Shown here one piece after another: positions 50,480 to 64,000 of a stretch of 64,000 bases of DNA; positions within the stretch are counted from its first letter, which is position 1; every line of letters starts with the position of its first letter. A program made the translations under genes and the position numbers. The notes below the pieces were generated by a model, which was not told the origin of the DNA, did not search any database, and saw nothing but the letters and a program-made list of their open reading frames with translations. The DNA comes from Octopus sinensis (taxonomy: Eukaryota). The stretch covers positions 1 to 64,000 of the forward strand of contig NW_021833077.1 in the NCBI RefSeq assembly GCF_006345805.1, read 5' to 3'.

Positions 50480-52605
50480 AACTTAAGAACAAAACAAAGC
50501 GCCTGAAGCCAGAGATCATCGTGATAAATTGAGAATAATTGTTTGGTGTGACAAGCAACAAGAATTTCTTGAACAAAGCAGTCTGACCACAACCTCAAAC
50601 GACTTTGTTATAACCTAGGAAAAAATAAAACAGAAATTAATGTAAATTCAACTGCAAAAGAACTAAAACAATTTTGGAGAGGAGTGTGAACAGCAAAGGT
50701 ATAAAATATAGCAAGATTGTTCTCAACAACGATCACTGTCTGGAATGATTGTGGAATATCATTAAAAAAAACTGGAAGGCAGCAGGAAATGAGAAATTCC
50801 TAACCTGATTAATCACAGGAATACATAGGGATCTATGTTATTTAGTAAGACAGAAATTTAATAAAGCACTGAAGAAGCTAGGGACAATCCTTGAAGAGGA
50901 AAACATTTTAATTTTACCCAATTAATAATCACCCGTAAAACTACAGACCCAACACTTTGCAATGTCGTTGATTTTAATAATATTGCAAAGGTTAAACGTA
51001 CATATATTTTCAAGAGAGAAAAAAAGATACTGCAAATGTTCATTTGGTTATAGAGTACATTTACTGATTGGTAGAGAATATATAGGTTTCGTAAATGGCA
51101 TAGATTGGCTGCTAGAATATTTCCCTCTGTGTCCACATGTAGATCATAGCAAGGGTTCTCTTCAGAAATGCATATAATGAGATATATGAAGCAAGTTATG
51201 AGTAATTGGCAAACGTTCTTTAGATACAGTTAAATGTGGAAATTATGAAACTAACCTCAATTTTTATCATAAGAAAATTATCGCAAACAGGTTCCCCATG
51301 CCTTTTCTATCCACTCATTTTCTGTCTGCCGTTAACACCTTTGATCGATATGTTTAATCAAACTGCATCCAGATAGAAATGCAATGAGGGAACAATAAAA
51401 TATGTTTTTAAAAAACAAAACGACCTGAAATTCAAATCTGCATATGATAAATATCTAGAGACACTGCTACTGACAATGCACGGATTTAGCAGAAGAATTG
51501 GTTTAATATTCGCCCAAGTCAGTCAACCTTGAAACGAAAAAAAGATTAATTTAAAATTGATCAAGTGCAGGAAACAAATACCTAGGAAGTACTAAGCCAC
51601 AGTACAACACAGTAAATAAATAATTAAAGCAGAGTTAAATGACAAAAACAGGCAACATCCATAAATGCTCTATGCGTTCCAGCAACACATTTTTAGCTAT
51701 ATTTTCTCAATTTTTCGCTCCATGAATTAACAAAACAAACGAAAAATAATGATTACAGTTAGAATACATTACAAAACATCTAGTACAGGCATGTTATATT
51801 TAGTGCAAATATAGAAAGGAAGTAGACTAATGCAAGTAGGAAGCTATAATAAATTATCACTAGATGACTAAAATAATCTTTTAAAGAACAATGGGAAAAT
51901 ATGTACAATTGTCTTAATGAAAACAAAATAGATTGTTTTCTAACGTTAAGGAAGTCGGCAAATTCTAAACAGCGGCTGAAATGACAGACAGCTGTAGGGA
52001 GAAAGGAGAAACAGCACAATGAGATAAGTTAATAATGTGGACTGCAAAACCTATTGCTACCCTGCAGTAAAAAAAAAAGCCTCTATACGGCAAATACCTG
52101 AATAAACTAAATATGGTGCGAATAAACAAAGGCAAACTTAGCGATAAGGTTCAATGCTGACGTTGAATGACCTTTAATTACTGTACAGAATTTATGCCTT
52201 CCCACAAGAGACTTCAAATACAATAGATATGAATAAATTACACAACGACAGTGTATGTAGGTGGAAGCTGAAAAGACATATAAAACTTGTCATCCTTGTC
52301 TGTCTAGTCTTAGCCAAGAGAGAATTCATTCAGTAGTGTGATGGAGTTGGGACACTTAAACACAGGAGTATGTGTCGGCATTATGAAATGTCAACAGAAA
52401 AGACATGGTGTAAATACACAGAAAAGAAAAAGATCTGAAAGAATGGCGCAGGAGTGGCTGTGTGGTAAGTAGCTTGCTTACCAACCACATGGTTCCGGGC
52501 TCAGTCACACTGCGTGGTACCTTCAGCAAATGTCTTCTACTATAGCCTCGGGCCGACCAAAGCCTTGTGTGTTGATTTGGTAGAAGGAAACTGAAAGAAG
52601 CCCGT

Positions 52606-52666
<61 letters not shown>

Positions 52667-53280
52667 GTGTATGTGTGTGTATATGTTTGTGTGTCTGTGT
52701 TTGTCCCCTAACATCGCTTGACAACCGATGCTGGTGTGTTTACGTCCCCGACACCTACTGGTTCGGCAAAAGAGACCGATAGAACAAGTACTAGGCTTGG
52801 GGTCGATTTGCTCGACTAAAAGGCGGTGCGCCAACATGACCGCAGTCAAATGACTGAAACAAGTAAAAGAGGAAAAGTGTAAGTAACCATATTCGTGTGT
52901 ATTCTTGTTCTCTTAAATAGATTGAAGAAATTAATTTTTTCTTATATTATTTTGAAAGACTTCTGGAAAAGAAGTGTCTTCTAATCAAAGTATCAGTTCT
53001 AACGGGGAATAGTTTATCAATAAATGAAACAGTTTTATATATGATAAAGAAATACAGAAATTTCCCAAATTTAAGGTCCTGGATATAAAAATAAGTTGAA
53101 TGTGTGGGATAATGAAAACAAAAAGAACTCTCGCATTATCTGCCGGTAAAACTACTGAAAACAATAGGCAGAGAAATACATAAAAGAAACTTAAGATTTA
53201 CTAATGTGCATAGCATGCAGAAAAAATATCAATTCTTTCATGCAAATTATATTGGGAAACTGTTCTCAATACATCTGAAA
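50480..53280 (+). mobile_element. Old, highly degenerate R4/Dong-type LINE interrupted by SINE A
   Basis: Scattered remnants: NYRP (about 50940), YPLIFCLPLTP (about 51310), ELNDKN (about 51635), LAKREF..CRHY (about 52310-52385), EKKCLLIKVSV (about 52965), and AEKYIKET..MQK..LFSIH matching the 7843-8048 C-terminus. Confidence 0.65.
52445..52880 (+). mobile_element. SINE family A inserted in the old LINE
   Basis: Full-length; boundaries defined by the uninterrupted paralog at 54260-54524. Confidence 0.9.
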
Positions 53281-53330
53281 ATACAAACGTAAAAGAAATT
53301 TGTAAAAAAAAGAAAAACGCTAGAAACAAA

Positions 53331-53736
53331 CGCGCAGGAGTGGCTGTGTGGTGAGTAGTTTGCTTACCAACCACATGATTCCGGGTTCATTCCCACTGCG
53401 TGGCACCATGGACAAGTGTCTTCTACTATAGCCTCAGGCCGACCAAAGCCTTATGAGTGGATTTGGTAGACGGAAACTGGAAGAAGCCCGTCGTATATAT
53501 GTATATATGAGTGTGTATATGTTTGTGTGTCTGTGATTGTCCCGCAACCATTGCTTGACAACCGATGCTGGTGTGTTTACCTGCCCGTAACTTAGCGGTT
53601 CAGCAAAATAGACCGATGGAATAAGTACTAGGCTTACAAAGAATAAGTCCTGGGGGCGATTTACTCGACTAAAGGCGGTGCTCCAGCATGGCCGCAGTCA
53701 AATAGCTGAAAGAAGTAAAAGAGTAAAGAGAGTAAA
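53331..53736 (+). mobile_element. SINE family A
   Basis: Full-length match to family A. Confidence 0.9.
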
Positions 53737-54259
53737 CCCGGCTAAAGAGAGGAGAGATGAGGACACGTTCGTAGCATTATGACAGTCCACAACACAGCGG
53801 CCCTACTCACCCTTAGATTATTCGGATCTGCCTTTGAGCATTTTCAGTTTCAACTGAACCTTATTGATTTCGAAATATTTAACATTTAAGGGCCACCTAG
53901 CATTCTACACCAACTCCCCTTCAGTCAATACAGTATTTGTTTTATCTTCTTTTAGATTCATAAAATTAAGTAGGCTATGGTGAAGCTATAGATACAGTGT
54001 AACTTTTGGGTCCTCCAGAAGTAATAGTGCTTCCGGTCTCTAACTTGCTTTTAATGTTGACTCATACTTCATTCATCTCTTCTGAGGTCCCCCAGGTGTC
54101 TTTGTATTTTATTCCATCGGCTCCCTTATAAGATAAGGATGATATGATTCTGTCTCTTTTTCCACTCCAGCTGTTCTCTGTTCTGCGGTTTGTATTTTTA
54201 TGGAAGTATTGAAATTCGTTGCAGCAGCAGTAGTTACAACAACCTCGGTTTCCCCTTTT

Positions 54260-54524
54260 CGTCAACAGAAAAGACATGATGTAAACACACAGAAAAAAAA
54301 AAAGATCTAAAAGCATGACGAAGTAACCATATTCGTGTGTATTCTTGTCCTCTTAAATAGAGTGAAGAAATTAACTTTTTCTCATTGTTTTGAAAGACCT
54401 TTGGAAAAGAAGTGTCTTCTAGTCAAAGTATCAGTTCTAAAGGGGAATAGTTTATCAATAAATGAAACAGTTTTATATGTGATAAATAAATACAGAAATT
54501 TCCCAAATTTAAGGACCTAGATAT
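54260..54524 (+). repeat. Paralog of 52390-52444 plus 52881-53087 without the SINE
   Basis: gtcaacagaaaagacatg...gatctaaaagcatgacg|aagtaaccatattcgtgtg...aatttaaggacctagatata. Confidence 0.85.
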
Positions 54525-54892
54525 AGAAAATGATACTGGCAACAGCTACCTCATTTTCACACATTTAATTGGACTTAACCACTCTACGAATTGTAAGTGC
54601 GACCACCATTCTGATTGATCTCGTCTCTGCTTCTACAATACTGTACCACTCCAGGATATGTTTGTGGCCTTTGTGAGATATCAAACCTGGATGTCACTGC
54701 AAACCCTACCCATTCACATTGTTGCTTGCTACATCATCATCATGTACGGAGATGCAGATGTGACAATGTATAAAGGGAACTACATCAGCATAAATACCTC
54801 TGACATTTGTTTTATTCTCATGAGGCACCACCCTGCCGGAAAATATGCAATAGGAGTAATACCTCTCTTTTTACCTCATCCTTAGTTTTGAG

Positions 54893-55151
54893 TGTGGAGG
54901 CGCGTGGCTTAGTGGTTAGGGTGTCGGCACCATGATCGTAAGATTATGGCTTCGATTCCTGGACCGGGTGATGCGTTGTGTTCTTGAGCAAAATACTTCA
55001 TTTCACGTTGCTCCAGTCCACTCAGCTGGCAAAAATGAGTAACGCTGCGATGGACTGGTGTCTCGTCCAGCTGGGTAACACATACGCCATAGATACCAGG
55101 AAACCGGGCCCATGAGCCTGGCTAGGCTTTAAAAGGGCGCATTTATTTATT
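54893..55151 (+). mobile_element. SINE family C
   Basis: tRNA head, CORE-like domain, gcgatggactgg tail; 11-bp TSD ttagttttgag at 54882-54892 and 55152-55162. Confidence 0.88.
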
Positions 55152-55422
55152 TTAGTTTTGAGGAAGTGATTTATGATTCCATGCACTCCGCTCCCATCCA
55201 AGGATCACACATCGGTCACTGCTTCCTCCAACTTTACTTTTAAGGATATACGGAAATGCCATTCAGGTTCTTTTCCGAAAACCAGAGATGTGCTTTGTTT
55301 TAAACTTAGGAGGGCGTTATAGACCCCGAAAAGATGAAAGACAAGGTCAACCTAAGCGGATTTTGAACTCAGAGCACTTCCAGTCAGAATACATACACGA
55401 AGCATCCTGTCGGACACTACCT

Positions 55423-55653
55423 ATTTCTTTACTACCCACAAGGGGCTAAACACAGAGGGGACAAACAAGGACAGACAAAGGGATTAAGTCGATTGCATCG
55501 ACCCCAGTGCGTAACTGGCACTTAATGTATCGACCCCGAAAGGATGAAAGGCAAAGTCGACCTCGGCGGAATTTGAACTCAGAATGTAACGGCAGACGAA
55601 ATGCGGCTACGTATTTCGCCCGGCGTGCTAACGTTTCTGCCAGCTCGCCGCCT
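55423..55653 (-). mobile_element. SINE family B monomer nested in an old B copy
   Basis: 18-bp TSD tcctgtcgga(c/t)actacct at 55405-55422 and 55654-55671; old copy about 55320-55696. Confidence 0.88.
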
Positions 55654-56549
55654 TCCTGTCGGATACTACCTGACAACTCTGCCAATTCGCCACCTGCTAT
55701 TTTCCGTGGCATTTTTTCGGTGAAATTTCTCGGGCATCAGGTGCTCTGTTTGTAACACACAAACAAATGTTCGTTTACTCAGAGTTGACTCATGCCTAGC
55801 ACCTCTTTTGGCACGTAATAATCCATCAAAAGATGACTTAGTGTTGTTATTTTTGCTACTTTCGTTATTGTCCTTTCAGCTGACACCTTCCTCTCTTTTG
55901 CATTTTCATATTTTTGACAATGTTATTTTAAATATCAGAGCTTGAAACAGTTTCTGTTACTTTAATTGTCATGTTTTCTGGGTTTCCTTTTGAAATTCTC
56001 CCTTAATGTTTGCAAACATCTTACGAAATACTGACTGCTACCATTATTGTGGTTAAACCTTTTCCTCGCTGTCAGAGAGACAGTAATTTGAAGAGAGATA
56101 TAAAAAGTAAATAAGGATGTTTGCAGAAATAAGTGTACAAAATTTAAATGTCAAAGGAAATATAAGGAAAATTACTCCAAACACGCATCCACACTCATAC
56201 ATCAGAAAAACGGATCGAAATTCAAATATCCTTAAAAGCATTTTTGTCATATGAAAGTTGAAACAGGGCAAAAGTCTTATTTCTATTATTAGCACCTGTT
56301 TTAAAAATTACTCTATCATATGAGCTCTGAGGTTGATGCCCATTTACATTAACAACAACAACAACAAAAGCAACAGCAACAACATTGAGTACGATTTCAA
56401 ATTTTGGCACGGGAAGACCAACTTCCAGGAAAAGGGAATCAATATCATCGACCCCAGAGCTCAACTGATACATGTTTTTTTTATCGAAAGGTAGTCGAAA
56501 TTTTAACTCAGAAAGTAAAGACGGAGGAAATGCCACAAAGCATATTGCC

Positions 56550-56600
<51 letters not shown>

Positions 56601-56626
56601 TAATAATAATAATAATAATAATAATA

Positions 56627-56790
56627 GAGTGCCCTGTAGAGCTGTTACAAAAATGGTTTGCCTCCGTGGCACAGCCACAATCAAGAAAGTACTAGTTGAA
56701 AAGAACAGAGCATGGAACCAAATGCTGTTGATAGCAAGTTCGCTAGGCAAACAAAACTCCAGGAGTTCCAACAAAATCTCATTAAAAGAA
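56627..56790 (+). mobile_element. Possible R4/Dong-type extreme 3' fragment next to (AAT)n
   Basis: LRGTATIKKVL resembles LLGTAxIxRKVL. Short. Confidence 0.35.
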
Positions 56791-56807
56791 AAATCTTAAT
56801 AATAATT

Positions 56808-57135
56808 TTTTCCCATTCTAGGCACAAGACCTGAAATTTGGGGTCAGGAGACTAGTCGATTACATCGACCTCGTTTCTCGACTTGTACCTCTTTTATCGA
56901 ACCCCAAACGATAAAAGACAAAATCTACTCCGACTGCATTTGAACTCAGAATCTAAAGGTTGACGAAAAGACGTTATGCATTTTGCCAGGCGTGCTAACG
57001 ATTCTGCCGGCTCGCTGCTTTTATTTTATCAACCCCTCAAGGAAGAAAGGCAAAATTGGCCTCGACAGCGTTTGAACTCAGAACGTAAAGACCTGGAAGG
57101 ATACTGCTACGAAATTTGTCCAGCATGCTGACGCC
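56808..57135 (-). mobile_element. Old SINE family B copies
   Basis: Two diverged B bodies (tttgaactcagaa motifs at about 56940 and 57072). Confidence 0.65.
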
Positions 57136-57150
57136 TTTATACACAAACTA

Positions 57151-57417
57151 GCTTGACAACCGATGCTGGTGTGTTTACGTTCCCGTAACTTAGCGGTTCG
57201 GCAAAACAAACCGATAGAATAAGTACTAAGCTTACAAAGAATAAGTCCTGGGGTCGATTTGCTCGACTAAAAGGCCGTGCTCCAGCATAGCCACAATCAA
57301 ATGACTGAAACAAGTACAAGAGTACAAGAGGAGTGGCTGTGTGGTAAATAGCTTGTTTACCAACCACATGGTTGTGGGTTCAGTCCCACTGCGTGGCACC
57401 TTGGGCAAGTGTCTTCT
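57151..57417 (+). mobile_element. Permuted SINE A (3' half then 5' head)
   Basis: Tail 57151-57328 directly followed by head 57329-57417, same strand. Confidence 0.8.
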
Positions 57418-57419
57418 TT

Positions 57420-57842
57420 TGAATGATTATTACAAGGCTCTATGGCTTTTCTTCATTGAGACTCATCATGCTATCGAATCAATAAGAACAAATACGCTTG
57501 CAAAAAGATAAAAAGAAAGAAAAACTCTAAGATCACTTACTTTGGCGTGGAAGGCAAAATTGAGAAATGTCAAGACGGAGCCAGAGAAATTACGAGATTG
57601 TGGAAGCACAGGGTGAAAATTGTTCCTGTCGCAATTGATGCACACAAAACGACACTCGAATAGCTACCCGAAGGCTACTAGAATTGCAATTCCTATTGTT
57701 TAGCTGGAGAAAAAGCGCCAGCTCGTGTTTTACTAGAATCGTAAGAAAGATATTTGAGATATGAGTCGGCGAGACATGCTGTCACCAAACTTCAGGTTAA
57801 TTATCTCTGCTAACTAAATTACCGTGTAATGGCAACTGTGCA

Positions 57843-57845
<3 letters not shown>
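57420..57845 (+). mobile_element. Degenerate R4/Dong-type 3' end
   Basis: EGKIEKCQDGAREITRLWKHRVKIVPVAIDA at about 57550-57645; followed by (AAT)n. Confidence 0.65.
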
Positions 57846-58310
<465 letters not shown>

Positions 58311-58997
58311 TGGCACAAGTCTGGCAATAACAACAACAATGATAACCACGACGACAACAACAACAACAACAGCGACTACAACAGCAATAGTCATAGTAAT
58401 TACGATCTACACTTACGTAGACGGAAAATAACCCGAGAGTTTATTTACGAAATAAACAAAACGAGACTTTATTTTGAAATAAACGATCCGATCTAAGTAC
58501 AAATGACATGTGATTATCACAAAAGCGTATTGTTAAATAAAACAAAAATACGGAACGAAATGATCCTATTAATTACTACAGATACATATTTTTATGTCAT
58601 GCACGTAATTAATACGCGTAAAATATATTGTTTAAATAATGATCCACACGTGCGTAAACGAGAAACCTTGAGCAATTTGGAACTAGCAAAACAAAACGAA
58701 ACGTACGAAAATAAACAAAACATGGAGAAAATGTCCTGGGTATGTACTGCTGATACTTAGCTTATGACTTACGAGTGATTATTGTATATAAAGTATATTG
58801 TTAAATGATTATCAACATATGCTTAGATAAGGAAAAACCCAGCATGGGACAAGCAAAACAAAACTCAACAGACTTTTGAATACTAAGAGTAAATGACGGA
58901 AGAATTCTGGTAAATGCTGGTGATACCTATTTTATTTATATCTTACAAGTATTCTTAAATAGAAATATTACATTTCTAAATATCTCAGAGAGATATA

Positions 58998-59305
58998 GGC
59001 GCAGGAGTGGCTGTGTGGTAAGTAGCTTGCTAACCAGCCACATGGTTCCGGGTTCAGTCCCACTGCGTGGAACCTTGGGCAAGTACAAACTGAAAGAAGC
59101 CCGTCGTATATATGTATATATATATATATGTGTGTGCGTGTATGTTTGTCTTTGTTCCCCTAGCATTGCTTGACAACCGATGCTGGTGTGTTACTTAGCG
59201 GTTCGGCAAAAGAGACCGATAGAATAAGTACTGGGGTCGAGTTGCTCGATTAAAGGCGGTGCTCCAGCATGGCCGCAGTCAAATGACTGAAACAAGTAAA
59301 AGAGT
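58998..59305 (+). mobile_element. SINE family A with internal deletions
   Basis: Head and tail intact; three internal segments missing relative to other copies. Confidence 0.85.
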
Positions 59306-59545
59306 ATAGCAGTAGTGGTACGATAGAGTAGTTGTATACTGTCAGCTTAATGTGACAGTCCCATGAAGGGAATCACACCACTGCTATTTAGCCCTAGGAA
59401 GCATCAACGCTTCCTGTCGGCCTTGACACATTTCCTGTGTCCTTATGTTTACAAGGAGGAGACAAGCACCTCCACCCAGCTAAGCCTGCAGCCAGAGACT
59501 GCTAAATGGCAGTGGTGTGATTCCCTTCATGAGGCTGTCACATTA

Positions 59546-59830
59546 AGTGGCCTAGTGGTTAGAGCAGCGGACTCGCGGTCGAGGGATCACGGGTTTAAAT
59601 CTCAGACCGGACAATGTATGTGTTCTTGAGCAAAACACATAAGCTCCACGCGGCTCCAGCAGAATGTAATGGCGAACTTCTGCTGACTCTTTCGCCACAA
59701 CTTTCTCTCACTCTTTCCTCCTGCATCTAGCAGCTCACCTGCGATGGACCGGCATCCCATCCGGGTGGGGAACCTATACGCCAACGAAACCTATACGCCG
59801 AGCATGGCTTGAGAAGGAACAAACAAAAAC
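59546..59830 (+). mobile_element. SINE family C2
   Basis: Homolog of 24912-25212. Confidence 0.8.
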
Positions 59831-60088
59831 AACAAACACATTAATTTGAGAGTATAGAACTACTCTATGTTACTTAAGTAATTTATGAAAGGAGAGATAA
59901 GAAACAAGTGCACTGTTTGGACCCAGAAAAAAAAAGGTTAAGCAACACCAACTTTTGAATAAGTACAATGAAACGAACAGAAAATAGACCGAGACTAATT
60001 AAAGCAGACCAAGTATGTCCACGGAAGAATGAATCTACAACAAAAGCGTTACTGCCCATATAAGGACATGTAAAGAATAGTCTACCTA

Positions 60089-60291
60089 GGCGTAGGAGTG
60101 GCTGTGGTAAGTAGCTTGCTTACCAACCACTTTGTTCCGGGTTCAGTCCCATTGCGTGGCACCTTGGGCAAGTGTCTTCTACTGTAGCCTCGGGCCGACC
60201 AAAGCCTTGTGAGCGGATTTGGTAGACGGAAACTGAAAGAAGCCCGTCGTATATATATATATATATATATATGTGAGTGTGTGTGTGTGCG

Positions 60292-60329
<38 letters not shown>

Positions 60330-60555
60330 TGTGTGTGTATATATATATATGTGTGTGCGTGTATACGTTTGTGTGTCTGTTTGTCCCCCCAACATCGCTT
60401 GACAACCGATGCTGGTGTGTGTATATGTCCCTGTAACTTAGCTGTTCGGCAAAAGTGACCGGTAGAATAAGTACTAGGCTTACAAAGAATAAGTCCTGAT
60501 GTCGATTTTCTCGACTAAAAGGCGATGCTCCAGCAAGTAAAACAGTAAACGAGTA
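60089..60555 (+). mobile_element. SINE family A
   Basis: Full-length match to family A. Confidence 0.9.
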
Positions 60556-60799
60556 TAAATTTAATGTGATCGCGATATGAAAATACTGTGATAGTAGGTT
60601 CAGGTGCGGTGCCTAAGGCCACACAAGTTTTTCACTAAAAATAAAAATAAAAATAAAAATAAAAGCAAACAGTCAACCAATGGACATTATATCGTAGTGT
60701 CATACTTGTATTGAATACCATCACAATATTCATAAAAATGGGTAACAAAAAAAGGCGTATAATTAATCTGTGAAGAATAAAAAAACGAAGTGTGGAAAA

Positions 60800-61640
60800 T
60801 TTAGAAATGCGAACATGTCAACGAATTTACAGAGGTTTATTGTGAAGAAAACTCGATTAGACGAAGAAAGACTTTCAAAAGTAAGGAAACAATGAAACAA
60901 ACTTGAAGCTAAGTATACATATAAGGGCAAAACACAGCCGAACAAACTAATAACAAAGCGAGGTCAAAACAGAATTGAAAAACGTACTAAAAAAAGAATT
61001 AGGAAAAAACACTCAATGCCGAATATTCAGTTTGACTCAACACGCCATACAGGAAGTATACGAATGTATAAACCAGCAATGGCTCAGTAGTTTGAACTAA
61101 AGACAGAAATAGGTCTGGGTTTGTCTGCCATTGCTTTAGCAAAAAGTAATTGTAAGCATGAAATAATGAAACTTAGCTACATGAAATATCGATTTTGATT
61201 TCAATACAATGAGACTATTGATCATATTTCCAGATTTTCAATAATTGTTAGACTCGATCGAATCTATTGCTATGTCAACAGGGTAGTATACCGGCGGCAC
61301 ATGTACGTAACAACGGGTAAAATATGGGTAAAATACGTGTACTAATCATGGTACATGAGAAAGACAAGAACTTATTCATATGTCGTATTCCTGACAAAGT
61401 AATCGATAAAGCTAAACTGTCCACAAGACATTCTTAATGACTGGAATGAAAGTATGTTCCCTGATAGACATCTTGCCCCCAACTGACCTAAGCATTAGAC
61501 AGGAGATTGAAAAGATGTCAGAATACAAAGATTTGAATGGAAATATGCTTTCCGTATGGCAAAAAAATGCAAAGTTGACCATTAGTGGATTGCTAGGTAA
61601 TGGGAAAATATGCAGAAAAACATAGAAATCACACCAAAGA
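60800..61640 (+). mobile_element. Degenerate R4/Dong-type LINE fragment
   Basis: NQQWLSS..LKTEI, NETIDHI, CSLIDILPPTDLSIRQEIEKMSEYKDL..W (RLE-like). Confidence 0.6.
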
Positions 61641-61882
61641 TCACGACTTTGCTATTTGTTCATAACCTAGCTATGAGCAACCCACATCCTACATAAGGCA
61701 TTCAACTACCTCGAACCAAGTGAGCAACTAGTTCTTATTCTATCGACCCCGGTCTACTGAGATCAATTTAACCTTTCACCTTTATGAAAGGTTAAATTGA
61801 TCTCAGTAGACTTTGAACTCAGAACTTATAGACTGACGAGATACCGCTAAGCTTGCCGCCTTAATAACAACAGCACCAACAA

Positions 61883-62065
61883 TGGGGGCGCAATGGCCCA
61901 GTGGTTAGGGCAGCGGACTCGCGGTTGTAAGAACGCGGTTTCGATTCCCTGACCGGGCATTGTGAGTATTTATTGAGCAAAACGCCTAAGCTCCACGAGG
62001 CACCGGCGGGGGGTAGTGGTGAACCCCGCTGTAGTCTTTAACCACAACTTTCTCTCTCTTTCTTC
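61883..62065 (+). mobile_element. SINE family C2, partial
   Basis: Head ggcgcaatggcccagtggttagggcagcgg. Confidence 0.8.
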
Positions 62066-62159
62066 ATACTTCTGCCACAAAGCAGAGGAACACGGTGTAA
62101 CCCACTATGGTATGGTAAACTTTCAGACCCTAGTCTAGATTGCGAATCCTCTGTATCCC

Positions 62160-62245
62160 AGGATGGTTCAGCTCGCTACCCGTTAAAAGCCACCGTTTAC
62201 GGAATGAGGATAACAACGTAGCTTTCGCGCCCGGGCAACCGCTAG
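62160..62245 (+). mobile_element. Possible Helitron 3' terminus
   Basis: GC-rich gcccgggcaaccg followed by CTAG|T at 62242-62246; hairpin incomplete. Confidence 0.25.
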
Positions 62246-62436
62246 TCTATTGGGTGTGGTGGGTGGATCTTCAAGTTGCCACACACATTCTTTGTAGCTT
62301 AGAGTAGGCTCGAATTAGAGATTATTCTTTGTGGCTAATGGCGTGAGTCCTGATTGAAAGAAGAAGAAGAAGAAGAAGAAGAAGAAGAAAAAGAAGAAGA
62401 AGACAGCAGCAGCATCAACAACATTAATAATAATCC

Positions 62437-62635
62437 TTTCTATTATAGGCATAAGGCCCGAAATTTGGGTGGAGGGCTTAAGTCAATTACATCGACCCAG
62501 TATTGAATTGGTACTTAATTTTTCGATCCCGAAAGGATGAAACGCAAAGTCGAGTTTGGTGGAATTTGAACTCAGAACGTAGCGACTGGCGAAATAGCGC
62601 TAAATATATCGTTCAGGTTTTGCCAGCTCGCTGCC
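62437..62635 (-). mobile_element. Old SINE family B with alternative tail
   Basis: cgatcccgaaaggatgaaacgcaaagtcgag...gaactcagaacg. Confidence 0.75.
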
Positions 62636-63548
62636 TCAATAACAACAGCAGCAACAACAACAACAACAGCAAGTTGATGATTAAAAAGAAGGAGGACGAG
62701 GGGAAGATGAAGAAGATGATGAAGATGAAGGAGGAGGAAGAAGAGAAGAAGGCGAAGTATTAATATTAGTAGTAGTAGGAAGAGGTAGGAAAATAAGGCA
62801 AACGAAAATATAGTGTGTCAAAAAAAATAGTGTTTTGTCTCTCTTCTACTGAGCAAGTTTATCTGATCCAAAGGATTCTGTACGATACTGCGTTACCGAC
62901 AACCACATATCGCAGCTGTTGTTGTTCGTGTTAAAACTAACACTTTGATGTTGTTGTTATCAATGATGATGATAATGATGATGATGATGAAGATGATTGT
63001 CGTTGATAGATGTTGTAGTGGTGAGGATAAAAGTTCATATTAGTGATGCTGATAATGATGATGGGGATGGTGACGATGATGATCAGGGTGACGGTGGTGG
63101 TCTTGGTTGTGATGGCGTTGAAGACGAGGGCTGTAACGATAATTATATAGGACGATGATTATTACGTTGATGATATTAATAACGATGATGATGAGGAGGA
63201 GGACGAGGAGGAGGAAGTGGAGTCGAAGGGGATGATAATGATGGTAATGATGATAACGACATTAATAATATTTTTGATCTAGATGGTGTTGGCATTTTCG
63301 AATGCGGAGGGGTGCGATGGCGGCGTTGAACGTTTTGGTAGAGCGGGTTTGGTGGTGGTAACAGTGGTGGTGGAGGTGATGGTGACGGTGGTAACATTTC
63401 TATGTTTTCAAGTGTAATAAGAGAAGAAAGGATTACAACTTATGACGTTTTTGTTTTATTATTTTTGGTTACTACAAGACTGGTACCTGAAGGTTGTAGT
63501 TTTTCCCAGAATGCTGAATATACAACAATTCATGAATGACTCGTTATT

Positions 63549-63736
63549 CTTTTACTCTTTTGTTTCAGTCGTTTGACTGTGGCCATACTGGAGCACCGCC
63601 TTTAGTCGAACAAATCGACCCCAGGACTTATTCTTCGTAAGCCTAGTACTTATTCTATCGGTCTCTTTTGCCGAGCCGATAAGTCACGGAGGCGGTTGTC
63701 AAGCGATGGTGGGGGGGAGAAACACTGACCCACAAA

Positions 63737-63740
<4 letters not shown>
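63549..63740 (-). mobile_element. SINE family A, 3' half
   Basis: Tail-side match to family A. Confidence 0.85.
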
Positions 63741-63789
<49 letters not shown>

Positions 63790-63829
63790 TATTTATTTAT
63801 TTATTATTTATACACACTCACACATATAT

Positions 63830-64000
63830 AATTGGAATTTGGAAGAAAAAAACAAAAGACGGAGACACGTGTGTAAACAACAAACAGGTGTAATAGTTTA
63901 ACGCTCGGGAAGGTGAGAAAGTATTTTACGTTTCGAGCCTACGCTCTTTAACAGAAAGGAACACGAGAAAATAAACAGAGAGAGAATAAGAAAAAGAAAG
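63830..64000 (-). mobile_element. Repeat family G with a variant hammerhead-like motif (63924-63957)
   Basis: Minus strand: uuu-CUGUUAA-a-gagc-guag-gcuc-GAAAC-GUA-aaa. Confidence 0.5.

Overview
Eukaryotic, AT-rich, repeat-dominated DNA. The SINE families and microsatellite load look like an Octopus (cephalopod) genome; this is recognition from memory, not a database result. I find no confident host gene, and most listed ORFs are microsatellite artefacts. Identifiable content: three tRNA-headed SINE families (called A, B and C here); a full-length frameshifted mariner (10962-12251) and several Tc1/mariner derivatives; a 5'-truncated L1/Tx1 LINE inside a (TATC)n tract; RTE 3' ends; and about six R4/Dong-type fragments, several abutting (TAA)n. 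The most interesting signal is about 13 hammerhead-ribozyme-like motifs found by eye. Several lie in a recurring non-coding unit of about 540-600 nt (X'-Z-HHR-R) with an inverted X arm, embedded in (TA)n tracts at about 10 kb, 20.5 kb and 47.5 kb. I read this as a candidate non-autonomous Penelope-like / retrozyme-like family. All structures were read manually; catalytic activity is untested and boundaries of degenerate copies are approximate.
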